64,000 nt of DNA, from positions 951 through 64,950 of the forward strand of contig JBMOKE010000002.1 of the NCBI GenBank assembly GCA_049315425.1, read 5' to 3'. The DNA comes from Mycobacterium sp. Its GTDB lineage: Bacteria; Actinomycetota; Actinomycetes; Mycobacteriales; Mycobacteriaceae. The translations under genes were made by a program, and so were the position numbers. The notes beneath the pieces are model-generated. The model did not search any database. It was not told the DNA's origin and saw only the letters and a list, made by a program, of their open reading frames with translations. Positions 62,809 through 64,000 of the stretch are shown one piece after another; the stretch's first letter is position 1, and the number at the start of each line of letters is the position of its first letter.

Positions 62809-64000
62809 TCAGCGTCGCCGTGGCCCTTCGGAGAGGTAGCCCAGAAGGTCGTGGCGGGTGATCACGCCGACCGGTTTGCCGTCCTCGACCACCATCACCG
62901 CATCGACGTCGCGCAGCGCCTTGGCAGCCGCGCTCACCTGGTCGCCGGCGCCGATCAGGGGTAGCGGCGGGCTCATATGCAGGGCCACGGCATCGGCCAG
63001 TTGCGCGCGGCCCTCGAATACCGCGGAGAGCAGTTCGCGCTCGGAGACGCTGCCTGCCACCTCACCGGCCATCACCGGCGGTTCGGCCCCGACGACCGGC
63101 ATCTGCGAGACCCCGTACTCGCGCAGAATTCCGATGGCATCGCGGACCGTCTCCGATGGGTGCGTGTGCACCAGGTCGGGCAAACCCCCGGATTTGCCGC
63201 GCAACACATCGCCGACTGTCGGCTCGGGCAGCGTGCCGTCGAGTGGACTGCGCAGGAATCCGTAGGACGACATCCAGGAATCGTTGAAGATTTTCGACAG
63301 GTAGCCGCGCCCGCCGTCGGGCAATAAAACCACGATGAGTGCATCCGGCCCGGCGTCAGCGGCCACCCGCAAGGCCGCCACCGCAGCCATCCCGCAGGAC
63401 CCGCCCACCAGGAGACCTTCCTCGCGGGCCAGGCGCCGCGTCATGTCGAAGGAGTCCGCGTCGGAGACCCCGATGATCTGGTCGGCGATGGCCGGGTCGT
63501 AGGCCGCCGGCCAGAAGTCCTCCCCCACGCCTTCCACCAGGTAGGGCCGGCCGGTGCCACCGGAGTACACCGAGCCCTCCGGATCCGCTCCGATCACCTT
63601 CACCCGTCCGCCGGACACCTCTTTGAGGTAGCGCCCGGCACCGGTGATGGTTCCGCCGGTGCCCACACCCGCGACGAAGTGGGTGACCTTGCCGTCGGTA
63701 TCGGCCCAGATCTCCGGGCCGGTGGTTTCGTAGTGGCTCGCCGGACCGTTGGGGTTGGAGTACTGATCGGGCTTCCAGGCGCCGTCGATCTCGGTGACCA
63801 ATCGGTCCGAGACGCTGTAATAGCTGTCCGGATGTTCGGGCGGGACGGCCGTCGGGCACACCACCACCTCAGCGCCGTAGGCGCGCAACACGTTTCGCTT
63901 GTCCTCGCTGACCTTGTCCGGGCAGACGAACACACACCGGTAGCCGCGACGCTGGGCCACCAGCGCCAGGCCGACGCCGGTGTTGCCCGATGTGGGCTCG
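62809..64000 (-). CDS. cbs: Cystathionine beta-synthase, C-terminal part (starts beyond the right edge)
   Basis: EPTSGNTG read manually to 64000, GVGTGGT, VEGVGED, C-terminal CBS domains. Confidence 0.95.
   Translation of the reverse strand, partial: EPTSGNTGVGLALVAQRRGYRCVFVCPDKVSEDKRNVLRAYGAEVVVCPTAVPPEHPDSYYSVSDRLVTEIDGAWKPDQYSNPNGPASHYETTGPEIWADTDGKVTHFVAGVGTGGTITGAGRYLKEVSGGRVKVIGADPEGSVYSGGTGRPYLVEGVGEDFWPAAYDPAIADQIIGVSDADSFDMTRRLAREEGLLVGGSCGMAAVAALRVAADAGPDALIVVLLPDGGRGYLSKIFNDSWMSSYGFLRSPLDGTLPEPTVGDVLRGKSGGLPDLVHTHPSETVRDAIGILREYGVSQMPVVGAEPPVMAGEVAGSVSERELLSAVFEGRAQLADAVALHMSPPLPLIGAGDQVSAAAKALRDVDAVMVVEDGKPVGVITRHDLLGYLSEGPRRR

Overview
GC-rich actinobacterial DNA, most likely from a non-tuberculous Mycobacterium/Mycolicibacterium. 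Gene order follows, in reverse orientation, the M. tuberculosis H37Rv block from Rv1165 (typA) to Rv1077 (cbs): typA, mutT2, phhB, pimE, Rv1158c/57c, HhH-GPD, PPOX, omt, GntR, cobB, mmpL13, mcr, echA, thiolase, ephC, ychF, ispH, xseAB, glpX, fumC, phoH2, desA2, glyA, coaA, uppS, mca, greA, metB, cbs. These orthology assignments come from recognised motifs and recalled synteny, not from searches. The window is mostly core genome. I saw no tRNA/rRNA, IS element, prophage, CRISPR array or defence system, and no clearly new multi-gene system. The most notable items are: (1) a formate-tetrahydrofolate ligase gene (fhs) beside glyA, with its own promoter and a possible 8-bp junction duplication; (2) a 43-aa acidic ORF missed by the ORF track, with a structured 3' region and intrinsic terminator; (3) a fasciclin gene behind a SigD-like promoter whose -10 region is duplicated; (4) compact back-to-back leaderless promoters and a recurring TGN-GANNNT -10 variant; (5) a long structured greA leader; (6) many short tandem duplications of 12-39 bp. 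I refined many start codons relative to the ORF track using SD motifs or leaderless -10 spacing.
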